In this document: positions 33,143-45,552 of the stretch, piece after piece
Layout: each line of letters starts with the position of its first letter
How positions within the stretch are numbered: the first letter of the stretch is position 1
Origin: Arcobacteraceae bacterium
GTDB lineage: Bacteria > Campylobacterota > Campylobacteria > Campylobacterales > Arcobacteraceae
Assembly (NCBI GenBank): GCA_963662945.1
Contig: OY759974.1
Span: 1,216,001 to 1,280,000 of the forward strand
Length of the DNA stretch: 64,000 nt
Direction: 5' to 3'
The notes under the pieces: model-generated
Told to the model about the DNA's origin: nothing
The model's input: only the letters and a program-made list of their open reading frames with translations
The model's database searches: none
Position numbers and translations under genes: made by a program

Positions 33143-34240
33143 TCATAACTGATTAATATATACTAAATCTAATCCTTTTAAAAGTTGTTGAGAATCTTTT
33201 AGTGTTTCAAGTGTAATATTATATGGATGTCCTATAGCAATAGCAGTACCAAATTTTTGTGCTGTTTTTATAGCTTTTTTGAGTTGATTCTGAATATATT
33301 TTTTATCTTTATTATTATCAAGAAATATATTTCGACTTAACATTCTTACCCCGTATTTATTGGCAGATTCCGCAGCTACTGATTTTGCTGTTGTTCTACT
33401 ATCTACAAAAGTATAGTTATATTTTTTTAAAATTTGAAATAACTTATCCATAGCAATTTGATTTGCAGTAAACTTACTTCCTGTATGATTATTTAAAAAT
33501 GTTGCTTTTGGATATAGTTTTTTCAACTGAATAATCCTGTTTTCTATAGTTTCTAAAGTATCTGTAATATGTAATGTATTTTCTTCTTCAAATTTAAAAT
33601 TACTTGCTTGTAGAGGCAAATGTATCATATAGTTATTCAATTTTCTTGTTATTCTTGCTGAATTTGGATGTCCTTCTGTTGGTGGAAGAAAAGCCATATT
33701 GGCGATATATCCCAAATTTAATATTTTATCAACTTGTGCTTTAGTTGTTACATCATCTATTATAATTGCTAGTTTTGGTTTATAAATTTTTTCTTTATCT
33801 TGTGGTAAAGTAATACTTTCTGGTTTTTCTATGATTTTTGATATATCTTCTTTTGTAGGTTCTGGCTGTTGTATTTGTGGATGTTGACTATCTCCAACAT
33901 CTCCATAATCAGGTTCTTCAAAGTGAAACTTAGGTTGTTCAACTTTTTGTTCTTTTTTTTCTATATATGTATTATTATCAGCATTATTTGCATATTCAAT
34001 CTCTAATGCTTTTGTTTTTTCTTCAAATGTTATAAGTTTTTTATTTTCTTCTGTTTGTGTTTGTTTTTCTTGTTGTATATCTACAATTATCTCTTTTTTG
34101 TCAATAAATAAATATGCCCCTATTAATGATGCTAGGAGAATAGTAAGTGCAATAGTAATTAGTATTGTTATAAGTTTTTGGTAAGATTTTTTCTTAGATT
34201 TTAATCTTCGAGGAGGTTTTTTATGTATTCTTTTTTTCAT
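33143..34240 (-). CDS. Divergent polysaccharide deacetylase family protein
   Basis: LAIIIDD, HLPLQ, NNHTGS, FVDSRT, FLDN, AIGHP. Confidence 0.9.
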   Translation of the reverse strand: MKKRIHKKPPRRLKSKKKSYQKLITILITIALTILLASLIGAYLFIDKKEIIVDIQQEKQTQTEENKKLITFEEKTKALEIEYANNADNNTYIEKKEQKVEQPKFHFEEPDYGDVGDSQHPQIQQPEPTKEDISKIIEKPESITLPQDKEKIYKPKLAIIIDDVTTKAQVDKILNLGYIANMAFLPPTEGHPNSARITRKLNNYMIHLPLQASNFKFEEENTLHITDTLETIENRIIQLKKLYPKATFLNNHTGSKFTANQIAMDKLFQILKKYNYTFVDSRTTAKSVAAESANKYGVRMLSRNIFLDNNKDKKYIQNQLKKAIKTAQKFGTAIAIGHPYNITLETLKDSQQLLKGLDLVYINQL

Positions 34241-34249
34241 AAAATATAC

Positions 34250-34279
34250 TTAAAACTATAGGTCTCCCTATAGTTTTAA
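34250..34279 (-). terminator. Hairpin after ilvC
   Basis: TTAAAACTATAGG/CCTATAGTTTTAA inverted repeat. Confidence 0.6.
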
Positions 34280-34282
34280 AAT

Positions 34283-35359
<1,077 letters not shown>

Positions 35360-35420
35360 CTAGCTGAAAGATTAACATAATTTGGGTATCATTATAAAAA
35401 TAAAGAGTTAAGGAAACCAT

Positions 35421-37187
35421 TTGGATTATTTAAAAAAAATATATGAAGAGCAAACAAAACCTATTGTGAAACTAGTAGATGACAAATATATTTTAAACAG
35501 TAAATACAAAATCGGAACAATAATTCTTATCAATCATGATGCTATACTCAATCTTCCAAATAACAGTTCTCAAAAAATCTATATAGATCGTGAAAACTTA
35601 AATGGTGCCTATAATCATGATATTGTTTTAGTACAAGTTCTTTTCAATCCAAAAGGAAAAACAAAAGCAAAAGTTACCCAGATATTAGAAAGGTCAAATC
35701 ATAGTATACTTTGTTATGTAAAAGAACATAATCTTTATACAATAAAAGAAAATGCATTTATTGACTGTGAAACTGTTAATAATAGAGATGGCGATGTAGT
35801 GCTTTTTGAAGATGGAAAAATTATAAAAGTGTTTGGAAATATTGCTGATGCCTCAATAGATGAAAAAATATCTTTATATCTTTATAATGAATTTTATAGA
35901 TTAGATTCTATGGAATCTTTAGAATTTGAAAAACTAGATACTACAAATAGAACAGACTTGACAAATCTTGATTTTTGCACTATAGATCCAGTAAGTGCAA
36001 AAGATTATGATGATGCAATATATTATGATGAAGAGGAGCAGGAACTTTATGTTGCAATAGCTGATGTAAGTGCTTATGTAAAAGAGGGAAGTCTTCTTGA
36101 CCAAGAAGCTTACAAACGTTCTTTTACTGTGTATTTACCAAATAAAATGCTTCCGATGTTGCCATTTGAATTAAGTACAAATCTTTGTTCTCTTGTTCCA
36201 AATGAGGTACGACCAGCCTATGTTTTTAAAATGAAATTAGATATTAAAAATCAAAAAGTGATACAAAGTTCTGTTTTTGAAGCACTTATCCAATCAAAAA
36301 ATAGATACACCTATGAACAGATTGATGAAGTTATTGAAGAAAATAACCCAAATAATCCTCAAGTAAAACTTTATGAAATTACGAAAAAATTTCGTGCAAA
36401 ACGATTAAAAAATGGTTATGACTTTAGAAGTGAAGAGATAAGACTTATTTTAGATAATGAAGAAAAACTGATAGATTATATTGTGGAAACCTCATCAGCA
36501 TCACATAGTTTAGTTGAAGAATGTATGCTTTTAACCAATCAAGAAGCAGCAAAAAAACTAAAACTTACTGGTATATTTAGAGTCCATGATGAACCTTCAT
36601 CGTCAAAAATCAAAAAACTTCTTGATGACCTCAATGCTTTAGGTATCAAAGCTCAATTAAAAGATGATATTCATTCAACAATCGTAAGTATTCAACAAAA
36701 AGCTTCTAATGTTGGTTTAGAAAGTGAAGTTGATGAACTTATCATTCAAGCACAGCAGCAAGCTAGTTACAGCAGTATCAAAAAAGAACATTTTGGATTG
36801 GGATTTAAAGACTATTCACATTTTACTTCACCTATACGAAGATATGCCGATTTAGTACTTCATCGTATTTTAAAAACAGGTAAAATACCTGAGAATATTG
36901 AAGAAATATGTGACTATATCAGTACAAAAGAAAGAGATATTGCAACACTTGTTTGGGATTACGAAGATAGAAAATATGCAAGGTATTTAAGTAACCATAT
37001 TCATAAAACATTTCAAGCTACTCTAGTGGATACTGAAAATGGTGTGGTAACATTAGATGAAACTGTAAAAGGAGCAAGAGTGTTTATAGATAATTATGCA
37101 GGAGAAAAACTATTTTCTAAAGTTGTTGTTAAAATTATTAGTAGTGATATCATCTCTAAAAAAATATTTGGAACTATACAACGATAA
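35421..37187 (+). CDS. rnr: RNB-domain exoribonuclease (RNase R-like)
   Basis: TIDPVSAKDYDDA, VAIADV, HFTSPIRRYAD. Confidence 0.88.
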   Translation: MDYLKKIYEEQTKPIVKLVDDKYILNSKYKIGTIILINHDAILNLPNNSSQKIYIDRENLNGAYNHDIVLVQVLFNPKGKTKAKVTQILERSNHSILCYVKEHNLYTIKENAFIDCETVNNRDGDVVLFEDGKIIKVFGNIADASIDEKISLYLYNEFYRLDSMESLEFEKLDTTNRTDLTNLDFCTIDPVSAKDYDDAIYYDEEEQELYVAIADVSAYVKEGSLLDQEAYKRSFTVYLPNKMLPMLPFELSTNLCSLVPNEVRPAYVFKMKLDIKNQKVIQSSVFEALIQSKNRYTYEQIDEVIEENNPNNPQVKLYEITKKFRAKRLKNGYDFRSEEIRLILDNEEKLIDYIVETSSASHSLVEECMLLTNQEAAKKLKLTGIFRVHDEPSSSKIKKLLDDLNALGIKAQLKDDIHSTIVSIQQKASNVGLESEVDELIIQAQQQASYSSIKKEHFGLGFKDYSHFTSPIRRYADLVLHRILKTGKIPENIEEICDYISTKERDIATLVWDYEDRKYARYLSNHIHKTFQATLVDTENGVVTLDETVKGARVFIDNYAGEKLFSKVVVKIISSDIISKKIFGTIQR

Positions 37188-37251
37188 ATTGAATTTTAGT
37201 TTTCGATAATGTATAATATGACTAATTACAATGAATAAAAAAGGATGTAAT

Positions 37252-37674
37252 ATGCATATAATTTGTCCCCACTGTCTTAGTGTAAATAATGTTCCAAAAA
37301 AAGAGAGTTATTCTAAAGCAAATTGTGGAAAATGTAAAAATTCACTTTTAGATACAAAGCCCATAAATCTTACAGCAACAACTTTTGATGAAGTTTTAGT
37401 AAACAGTGATATCCCTGTTATTGTAGATTTTTGGGCACCGTGGTGTGGCCCTTGTAAAATGATGGGACCAACTTTTGAAAATGTTGCTAAAAGCTATCCT
37501 TTAAAAGTTTTATTTACAAAAGTAAATACCGAAGAGGAACAAATGTTAGGTGCAAAGTTTGGTATAAGAAGTATTCCAACCCTCGCTATTTTTAAAAATG
37601 GAAAAGAAGTTGAAAGAATATCAGGCGCTTTAGATGAACACAATCTAAAGATGTTTATTTCTAAACATCTTTAA
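37252..37674 (+). CDS. trxC: Thioredoxin 2 (zinc-ribbon N-terminus)
   Basis: CPHC...CGKC plus WAPWCGPC. Confidence 0.92.
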   Translation: MHIICPHCLSVNNVPKKESYSKANCGKCKNSLLDTKPINLTATTFDEVLVNSDIPVIVDFWAPWCGPCKMMGPTFENVAKSYPLKVLFTKVNTEEEQMLGAKFGIRSIPTLAIFKNGKEVERISGALDEHNLKMFISKHL

Positions 37675-37683
37675 TTTCTAAGA

Positions 37684-39711
37684 TTAAAAATTTGCCCACT
37701 CATCAGCTTCAACCTTAGAGACAACAGGAATAACTTTATTGGTTGATTTTATAGTTGATAATGGTGGCTCTATATTTTTACCATTTGTTATATCTTTTGC
37801 TTTTGTCATATCTTTTCCTACAAATTCCTTTTCATTTGCATCTGATACAATTAATTTCGCTATTGTATCTGTTTGCACTGCTATTGAATATGTATCCGAT
37901 GCTATACTTGCATTCTGTTGTGTTTGACTATCTAAAGAATTTATAGCATCATTAATCTGCATTATTCCATTTTGTTGCTCTTTAGATGATACTTCAACAA
38001 TATGAATAAGCTCTATTGTTTGTGAAATATTTTCATTAAGTTGGGTATAACCATCTATCATCTTACTTGATATAGCTTTCCCTTCATTTGCTTTATTAGT
38101 TGCATTGAGTACAATATTTTTAATTTCATTTGCTGCATCAGCACTTCTTGAAGCTAAGTTTCTAACCTCTTGAGCAACAACTGCAAATCCTTTTCCAGCT
38201 TCTCCTGCAGTTGCTGCTTCTACTGCTGCATTAAGTGAGAGAATATTTGTTTGAAATGCAATTTGATCAATAACTGTAATTGCTTCATTGATTGCATTTA
38301 CTTCTTTATCAATTTCATTCATAGCTTGTGTTGTTTGATTTGCTAATTTTTCACCTTCTCCTACAGAGTCTGTTACTTTAGAAGCTAGATTTGCCATTTT
38401 TGCTACTGTTTGTGTGTTTGAAGATATATTACTTGTTACCTCTTCTATTGCCGCAGCCGTTTCTTCTAATCTTGCTGCTGCATCGTTTGAGTTTTTATTA
38501 AGAGTATCTACATTTTTAAGAAGTATATGACTACTACCTTCTAAAGTTAACCCACTTTGTTTATTTTTAACCAACATCTCAGTAATTGAATCAGCAACAT
38601 GATTTACACCACTTGCTAACTTTAAAAGATGCTCTTTAACTCCATCCGTTTTGACTTTATCCCTATAATCGTAGTTTGAAAAATTTTCCAAGACACTCAA
38701 AATAGAATTAATATTTTTTTCTATATTTTCACCCATTTTATTTAATAAATTCGTTAACTCTTTTAATGCTGGATTATTACTCGTTGCACTTACTCTTTGG
38801 CATAAATCACCTTGTTCAAAATCACCTAAGACATTTATTGCATCATCGATAACTTTTCTGTCTTCTTCTAAATCTTTTTTTATTGTGATAATATTTTCAT
38901 TAACTACTTTTGCCATATCCCCTATTTCATTGTTAGGTTCTTCTAACATATGAGTACTTGTTGTTTTTTTATTAAGATAGTCAAAGAATTCAAATAGATT
39001 CTTTTTAAAATTTCTTATTAAAATAGATATATTTTTGGCAACAATAGAGAATATTAAACTAAATGTTATTATAGCTACAAGACTAATTACAATATTTTGT
39101 GTAACTGTATTTGATACAATATTATCAGTATTGTCAATACTATCAGATATCTCTGTAAATTTTTGATTAAACTTATCTGTCGTTTTATCTACAAGATTGT
39201 CTACGATATTAAAAAGTTTTATTTCTATTGGTTTTACTTCATCAGAAAGTATCTCTCTTCCATACTTTTCATCTTCATCAATCTCTTCTTGTAAAACTTC
39301 TAAAATCAAATGGTATGTTTTAAACTCTTTTTCCATACTATGATGCATTTGATGGAGTTCTTTATTGGATTTTTTGTATTTATTTAAAAATTCTTTTAAC
39401 TCTGCTATTTTTTTATCAGTAACAACCAATGCTTTTTTATAGTTTTCATTTTCAAATACAGGCTTTTTTGCAATGATACTCTCAAAAGCTTCCATCTTTG
39501 TAAGTGTAATATTTAACTTTATCTCTTTTGCGATTGAATTTAGAATTAGTGTTTGTTCTTTTAATAATTTATTGCTTTTTTTAATATTATTAATATTTGT
39601 AGACATTGCACTCATAGCAAAATATCCACTAAAAGCTAAAACTAATAAAAAAACCACTCCAACAATATTCAATATAATTAGTTGACTTGAAATTTTCATA
39701 TTTTTCAGCAC
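37684..39711 (-). CDS. Methyl-accepting chemotaxis protein
   Basis: Two TM segments, periplasmic sensor, [38 protein letters not shown]-terminal EWANF pentapeptide. Confidence 0.95.
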   Translation of the reverse strand: MLKNMKISSQLIILNIVGVVFLLVLAFSGYFAMSAMSTNINNIKKSNKLLKEQTLILNSIAKEIKLNITLTKMEAFESIIAKKPVFENENYKKALVVTDKKIAELKEFLNKYKKSNKELHQMHHSMEKEFKTYHLILEVLQEEIDEDEKYGREILSDEVKPIEIKLFNIVDNLVDKTTDKFNQKFTEISDSIDNTDNIVSNTVTQNIVISLVAIITFSLIFSIVAKNISILIRNFKKNLFEFFDYLNKKTTSTHMLEEPNNEIGDMAKVVNENIITIKKDLEEDRKVIDDAINVLGDFEQGDLCQRVSATSNNPALKELTNLLNKMGENIEKNINSILSVLENFSNYDYRDKVKTDGVKEHLLKLASGVNHVADSITEMLVKNKQSGLTLEGSSHILLKNVDTLNKNSNDAAARLEETAAAIEEVTSNISSNTQTVAKMANLASKVTDSVGEGEKLANQTTQAMNEIDKEVNAINEAITVIDQIAFQTNILSLNAAVEAATAGEAGKGFAVVAQEVRNLASRSADAANEIKNIVLNATNKANEGKAISSKMIDGYTQLNENISQTIELIHIVEVSSKEQQNGIMQINDAINSLDSQTQQNASIASDTYSIAVQTDTIAKLIVSDANEKEFVGKDMTKAKDITNGKNIEPPLSTIKSTNKVIPVVSKVEADEWANF

Positions 39712-39778
39712 TATTCCATCCTTTAGGTATTAATGATGTCAAACAAAACATCACATGATATATTATTTATAAAGATTA

Positions 39779-40036
39779 TTAATCTACTATTTTTTTCAAA
39801 TCTTTTGGATGATATTTTGCTTTACAAGCTTTTAAGTCTTCTTCATTTTTCGCAGCTTTTACACATTCTAATTTCTTTTTTAAGAAATCTTCAGCAGCAG
39901 CATTCCCTTTATATTTTTCCATTTTAGAATGAATTCTACTATCCATCATCTCAAGTTTTTTTTCAAATTCTCCAGCATTTAAAACTGTAACGATAAGTAC
40001 TCCCGCAATTGTTCCTATTAAAACTTTTTTCATCAT
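39779..40036 (-). CDS. Small secreted helical protein with two Cys
   Basis: Signal peptide, AGGAG RBS, KKLECVK...LKACK. Confidence 0.72.
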   Translation of the reverse strand: MMKKVLIGTIAGVLIVTVLNAGEFEKKLEMMDSRIHSKMEKYKGNAAAEDFLKKKLECVKAAKNEEDLKACKAKYHPKDLKKIVD

Positions 40037-40122
40037 TATCTCCTTGAATATTTATTCAGTTTATAAAATGATTACATAATTTTCTTTAATATCCCTAATA
40101 AAAGTAATTATCTTCTTTATTA

Positions 40123-42138
40123 CTAAAAATTTGACCATTCATCATTAGTCTCTTTTGTTTTTAAAGCTACTATATTTTGGTCATGAGTTTCGTGGTCATG
40201 CTCTATAACCTCTTTAATTATCTTTTCTCTTTTTCTCTTCTCTTCTCCTTGATAATTTAAATTTGTATGTTCTTTTCTTTTATCCATATCTTTACCGATA
40301 AACTCTTTTGCATCAGCATCTTTAACTACTAATTTTGCTATTGCATCAGTTTCAAGGGCTACATCATGAGTTTGAGAAGCTATCATTGCATTTTGTTGTG
40401 TTTGTTGGTCTAAAGAGTTAACTGCATCATTGATTTATTCAATTCCTGTAAGTTGTTCTTTACTTGCCATCTCTACATCTTTGATTAAATCTATTGTTTT
40501 AGAGATATTTTCATTAAGTGCTGTATATCCACTTATCATCTCTTCTGCAATTTTCTTTCCACCATTTGCTTTAGATGTTGCATTTTGAACTAGAGCTTTA
40601 ATCTCATTTGCTGCATCTGCTGAACGAGATGCTAAGTTTCTAACCTCTTGAGCAACAACTGCAAATCCTTTTCCAGCTTCACCAGCAGTTGCAGCTTCTA
40701 CTGCTGCATTTAAACTTAAAATATTTGTTTGGAATGCAATTTGATCAATAACAGTAATTGCTTCATTAATAGCATTTACCTCTTGATCAATATGATTCAT
40801 GGCTTGTGTTGTTTCATTTGCCAAAGATTCACCTTTTGATGCAGATTCTGTTACAGAAGATGCAAGCTTTGACATTTTTACAACATTTTCTGTATTGTGA
40901 GAGATATTACTTGTAATCTCTTCTAAAGCTGCTGCTGTTTCTTCTAAAGCTGCTGCTGCTTCATTTGAGTTTATATTTAGCGTATCTACATTTTTTAAAA
41001 GGATATTACTACTTCTATCTAGAGTAAGCCCATTTGCTTTATTCTCTATCAACATTTTTGTTATGGCATCTCGTAGATAATTAATATTTTTTACTAGTGC
41101 GTCAAATACACCTTCTTTTTCAATATCTTCTATTTTAAGTTCTTTTCTATAGTCTAAATTTACATAGTTTTCTAAAGTGCTATTAATTATTATAAATCTC
41201 TCTTTAAGTTGATCTAATGCAATATTAATAGTATCCTTAAGTTGCATCAAGTTTGGATTTGTTGAATTTGCTTCAATATGTTGCGATAGCCACCCTTTTT
41301 GTACCCTAGTCATTACTGCTTGAGTATCACTTATAAAAATATTATCTTCTAAAATTCTTTTCTCTATTATTGTAATATTTTCATCAATCTCTTTAGCAAT
41401 TACTCCAAATTCATCTGTACTATCTAGTTCTATCTTTTTAGCAGATGTTGTTTTTCTATTCAAAAAATCAAAAAAACTATCAATACCTCTTTGTAGTTTA
41501 TTAAGAGATGTTGTTATTGAACTTATTATCAAATAAGAGAACACGGCAATTAATACAAAACTAATTAAAGACAATATTCTCAATAATATTAAAGTATTAT
41601 CACTTGCATCATTGTATAAATTCACATAAATTATATCTTCTTTATTACTAGTATACTTCCATTCTTGTAAATTTTCTTTTAATGGTCTCCAAACCGTCGA
41701 AACATGTTGTTGAATCTCTTTTTCCTCAAGAGTTCCTTGTTTAGCTTTTTCTATAAGCTTTGTTATATCTTCTTTATAAACTGTAAAAAGTGTATTGATA
41801 TTATAGGTTTCTACTCCGTTACTAAAATCTTTAACTTCTGGAGAATCCAACTTATTAATTTGTTGTAACATTGTTGTAAAAGTTGATTCTAAAGTTTTAT
41901 GCATTTTTGTATCACTTGGATTAATATAGCTACTGCTTAAAGCAGAATTTATTTGAATTCCATTTGTAAAAACATCATTTACAGTTTCTCTTATATCTAC
42001 AAGTCTTTGAAGATTTTTAAATTTTTCTTTTTGAGAACTTAGTTTTATATCTATATATATATTTATTCCAATTGATGTAACAATAAAGATAACAACTAAA
42101 GAAACTAATTTATTTTTTATGCTGAGATTTTGAAACAT
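40123..42138 (-). pseudogene. Methyl-accepting chemotaxis protein interrupted by an in-frame TAA at 40437-40435
   Basis: Track ORFs 40435..42138 and 40123..40386 share one frame: GIE*INDAVNSLDQQTQQNA versus [20 protein letters not shown] in the neighbouring paralogue; ends EWSNF. Confidence 0.88.
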
Positions 42139-42266
42139 TTCTCTATCCTTCTATTTTAAATTATCCATTATAATAACTTTTAATGATTATTAATATAATC
42201 TGAAATAATAGAACAATTAATGTTAAATTCAAATTAAATAATATTATTTTTGAATATTTTAGTCAT

Positions 42267-42304
42267 AAAAAAAAAGCCAACTGGCTATACCAGTTGGCTT
42301 TTTT
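42267..42304 (-). terminator. Intrinsic terminator (bidirectional shape)
   Basis: AAAAAAGCCAACTGG-CTATA-CCAGTTGGCTTTTTT. Confidence 0.85.
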
Positions 42305-42322
42305 AAATAAATTCAAAAATTA

Positions 42323-43627
42323 TTATTCAAATTCCATTTGTTTAAACAATGTAGCAATGTTTTGTTTCCCTAACTCTTTAAAAGTATCAAGATGTTGGTA
42401 TGGTGTCATATCTATATTATATGCTTCATTTAATCCACCATCATTTTCAATAACTTTACTAATTTGCTCTCTCATATACACCAAATACCCTTTAGTATAT
42501 TTTTCTGTTGTTGCCATATCTGTCACATCTCCATGTCCCGGGATAACAATTTTTGCACCAAGAGCTGCAAATCTATCAGAAGCTTCTAGCCACTTTTGTG
42601 TTTCTGTAATTTTAAATATAGGAAGTAGCCTTTGATTAAATGCTAAATCCCCTCCAAACACAATCTTCTCTTTTGGGAGCCAAAGACAAATATCACTATG
42701 TTCATGAGCATATCCAAAATAAAGAGCTTCTACAACTCTACCACCTAAATCAAATACTTTTTTATCTTTAAATGTTTCATCAGGAAGAATAATTTTTGTA
42801 CCTAATATTTTATCTCTTTGTGTTTTAGCATATCTCTTTAAAATACCTTCACCCAATTCTATAATCTCTTCTTTAGCTATCTCTTGGGCTACTAAAGTTG
42901 CACCTTGTTCTTTCCAATAGCTACTTCCAAGCATTGCATGCCCTTGAGAGTTTTCTAGAACTACATATTTTACTGGCTTATTTGTGATTTTCTTAATCTC
43001 TTCATGAAAACTTTTCGCTAATAAATAACTTGAACTTGCATTCCATACTAATACAGAATCATTTCCTATTACAAATCCAAGATTATTATTGTGTCCTGAG
43101 TTTTCATAACTTCCTGGACTTGTTTGACCAATTGAAGTGTATACACCCTCTGCTACTTTTTGTATTTTTGAATACAACATAGATTCTGGATATCTATCCA
43201 AAGAACTTGTTGTTAAACCTGCTTGTTCCCAGCCTTTATAACTATCTTTATAATGAAGAACATTTTTATATCCCATATCAAGAAGTTTTTTAGCAGCTAA
43301 TAAACTTATTTTACCATCATAACAATGTACAACAAATTTCTGTTCAGGTTTTAGTTCGTTAGCAATAAGAAACTCTAGCTTATCTCGAGGTACATTAGTA
43401 ACTCTATTTGCTTTTATATACCCACCTTGTTTTAAAATATCCTCTCTCGTTCTTACATCAATTATCTGGAGATTTGGATCTTCTTTTAATAATGATTGTA
43501 ATTGTTTTGTATCAATACTTTTTACTACTTTTTGAGCTTCCTGAAGTAATTTTTTCTCATCTAATACATTTGCATTTAATACAATACTTGTTCCGAATAA
43601 TGTTATTAATATTAAGTTTTTTAACAT
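42323..43627 (-). CDS. Periplasmic rhodanese + metallo-beta-lactamase-fold (SoxH-like) fusion
   Basis: Signal peptide; IIDVR and HCYDG rhodanese loop; ENSQGH, AHEHSD, FGGDL, IPGHG. Confidence 0.82.
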   Translation of the reverse strand: MLKNLILITLFGTSIVLNANVLDEKKLLQEAQKVVKSIDTKQLQSLLKEDPNLQIIDVRTREDILKQGGYIKANRVTNVPRDKLEFLIANELKPEQKFVVHCYDGKISLLAAKKLLDMGYKNVLHYKDSYKGWEQAGLTTSSLDRYPESMLYSKIQKVAEGVYTSIGQTSPGSYENSGHNNNLGFVIGNDSVLVWNASSSYLLAKSFHEEIKKITNKPVKYVVLENSQGHAMLGSSYWKEQGATLVAQEIAKEEIIELGEGILKRYAKTQRDKILGTKIILPDETFKDKKVFDLGGRVVEALYFGYAHEHSDICLWLPKEKIVFGGDLAFNQRLLPIFKITETQKWLEASDRFAALGAKIVIPGHGDVTDMATTEKYTKGYLVYMREQISKVIENDGGLNEAYNIDMTPYQHLDTFKELGKQNIATLFKQMEFE

Positions 43628-43637
43628 AGGAAATCGC

Positions 43638-44342
43638 TTATTGAGGAACTATTGTTGTAAGATTTAACATTTTCCAGCTATACATACCGCCTCTGTACCA
43701 AAGTAATTTTTCTTTTGGATATCCTATTTTGAGTAGATTTTCAATTGCCCAAGTTGATTGTGGACACCAAACACCATTACAAAACAGTAATAAAGTTTTT
43801 GCATTTTTAAAATTATAAATACCTTCTTCATATTCTACCCCAGCTGTATCCATAACAATCTCAAAATCTTGATGTGTAGGAGAAAATGTTTTAAATGGTA
43901 AATTTACAGCCCCAGGAAGTGTACCTTTTAAATACCATGGTCTCATTCTTGCATCAACAAGCACTAAATTTTTATCTGTTTGTTGCTTTTTCATAAACTC
44001 AATAACTTCTAGTTCACCGTAAGTTTCAATCCCTTCAGAAATTTTAATTGGAGATATTTTTCCAATAGTAGTTATAAAAGTTTTTTTACAAGCGTCTGGT
44101 ACACTACTTGTTGCATAATTTCCACCCCAAACTACATCAGGATCAGCACCATTCACTTTTGATTTATCATTACATATTTTGTCATGATTTCTTTTGATAA
44201 CAGTTGATTTTGAAGTTCCATATTCATCCACATAATTTAAGGTAACTCCATCACCTTTTAACACTGAATCTATACCAAATACTAAATTTCCAAAAAACAG
44301 CGTTCCTACTAAACCAATTTTTACCATTTTACCTAACATCAT
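43638..44342 (-). CDS. Periplasmic rhodanese-domain protein
   Basis: LVDAR, GTLPGAVNLP, FCNGVWCPQS, WYRGGMYSW. Confidence 0.85.
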   Translation of the reverse strand: MMLGKMVKIGLVGTLFFGNLVFGIDSVLKGDGVTLNYVDEYGTSKSTVIKRNHDKICNDKSKVNGADPDVVWGGNYATSSVPDACKKTFITTIGKISPIKISEGIETYGELEVIEFMKKQQTDKNLVLVDARMRPWYLKGTLPGAVNLPFKTFSPTHQDFEIVMDTAGVEYEEGIYNFKNAKTLLLFCNGVWCPQSTWAIENLLKIGYPKEKLLWYRGGMYSWKMLNLTTIVPQ

Positions 44343-44472
44343 AAACTCCTTGTGTTATTGTAATACTATTAAATAAAATTATAATACTTTTTATTAAATA
44401 GCGACTTAAATTATATGACTGTAAGATTAATGAAAAATAACAACTTAAACTAAAAATAGATACAATTCCCCT

Positions 44473-45453
44473 ATGTATAAAAATGTTTTTGATAAAGAAT
44501 TAGCAACTGGTATAACTTACAATGGGTATATGTTTTATGGTCAATGTGACTATTTAGTAGAACAATACTCAAACAATATTGCATCAATTTTAGCCAATGG
44601 TGAAGATATTCAAAAAATATACTTTGATGAATATGACTTCAAAGAATGTAGTAATTTTTTATCACAATCATCTTTATTTAGTGCAACAAATATTTTACTT
44701 ATCAAAACAATCAAACCTATCCCGAAAAAAGACCTAGATGAACTTTTAAGTATTTGTATGACTAACTCTGACAGTAAAGTGATATTTTGTTGTATAGGTG
44801 AAGCTGATTTTAAAAATATGGCAAAAAGTTTTACAAAAAAAACAAATAGTGTTGAAGTACGCTTTTTCACGCCAACAGATAAAGAAGCAATACACATATT
44901 AAATGAAGAAGTTAAAAAGAAAAATCTTCAATGTGGATTTGGAGAGTTACAATATCTTTATACAATGCACCAAAAAGATTTGAGCCTTAGTGCCAATGAC
45001 TTAAACAAACTAGCAATTTTAAATCAACCAATTAGTGTTAATATTATCAACAACCAATGTTTTGGAATGGGTGCTGTTATTGTTGATGATTTTTTTAATA
45101 AACTTTTTAGTGGTGGGAATATCAATAGAGATTTATATATGCTTCTTGAAGAGGGTATGAATGAAATTTATCTTATAAATCAAACAACCTCTTTTATACA
45201 ACAACTTTTTAATATTAATAGTTATCTAAAACTTTATGGACAACTTGATATTTTAGAAATATGGGGATTTAAACTTCCTGCAAATATTGCAAATATTAGA
45301 GCTTCAATAGCTATGAAATACAAACAAGAACAATTTTTAGAGTTTTTAGAATATTTTTTACAACTAGAATTAGAGTTAAAAACAAAAACAAATTTAGATA
45401 TAAATAGTTACACTCAAGCTAGTTTTAGAAAATTTTCAGCAAGTTTAAGATAA
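44473..45453 (+). CDS. holA: DNA polymerase III delta subunit
   Basis: FYGQ, LSQSSLFS, EVRFF, NDLNKL; synteny with rpsF-ssb-rpsR. Confidence 0.8.
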   Translation: MYKNVFDKELATGITYNGYMFYGQCDYLVEQYSNNIASILANGEDIQKIYFDEYDFKECSNFLSQSSLFSATNILLIKTIKPIPKKDLDELLSICMTNSDSKVIFCCIGEADFKNMAKSFTKKTNSVEVRFFTPTDKEAIHILNEEVKKKNLQCGFGELQYLYTMHQKDLSLSANDLNKLAILNQPISVNIINNQCFGMGAVIVDDFFNKLFSGGNINRDLYMLLEEGMNEIYLINQTTSFIQQLFNINSYLKLYGQLDILEIWGFKLPANIANIRASIAMKYKQEQFLEFLEYFLQLELELKTKTNLDINSYTQASFRKFSASLR

Positions 45454-45495
45454 AATCGCCCTCCAAAAGGGTTTTTATCTTCAAAAGAGATATTA

Positions 45496-45552
45496 TCCTT
45501 GACCTTACTGGATAATTTTATTATTCGGTTAATACCAAAAGGAGAAAATTAA
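45496..45552 (+). promoter_or_regulatory. Probable rpsF (S6:S18) autoregulatory leader
   Basis: TCCTTG can pair with the RBS-containing CAAAAGGA around an internal stem. The position matches the known S6:S18 leader class; not model-tested. Confidence 0.5.

Noticed and set aside
40919-40960. 21-bp tandem repeat in the MCP gene
   Set aside because: Encodes ordinary methylation-helix heptads ([14 protein letters not shown])
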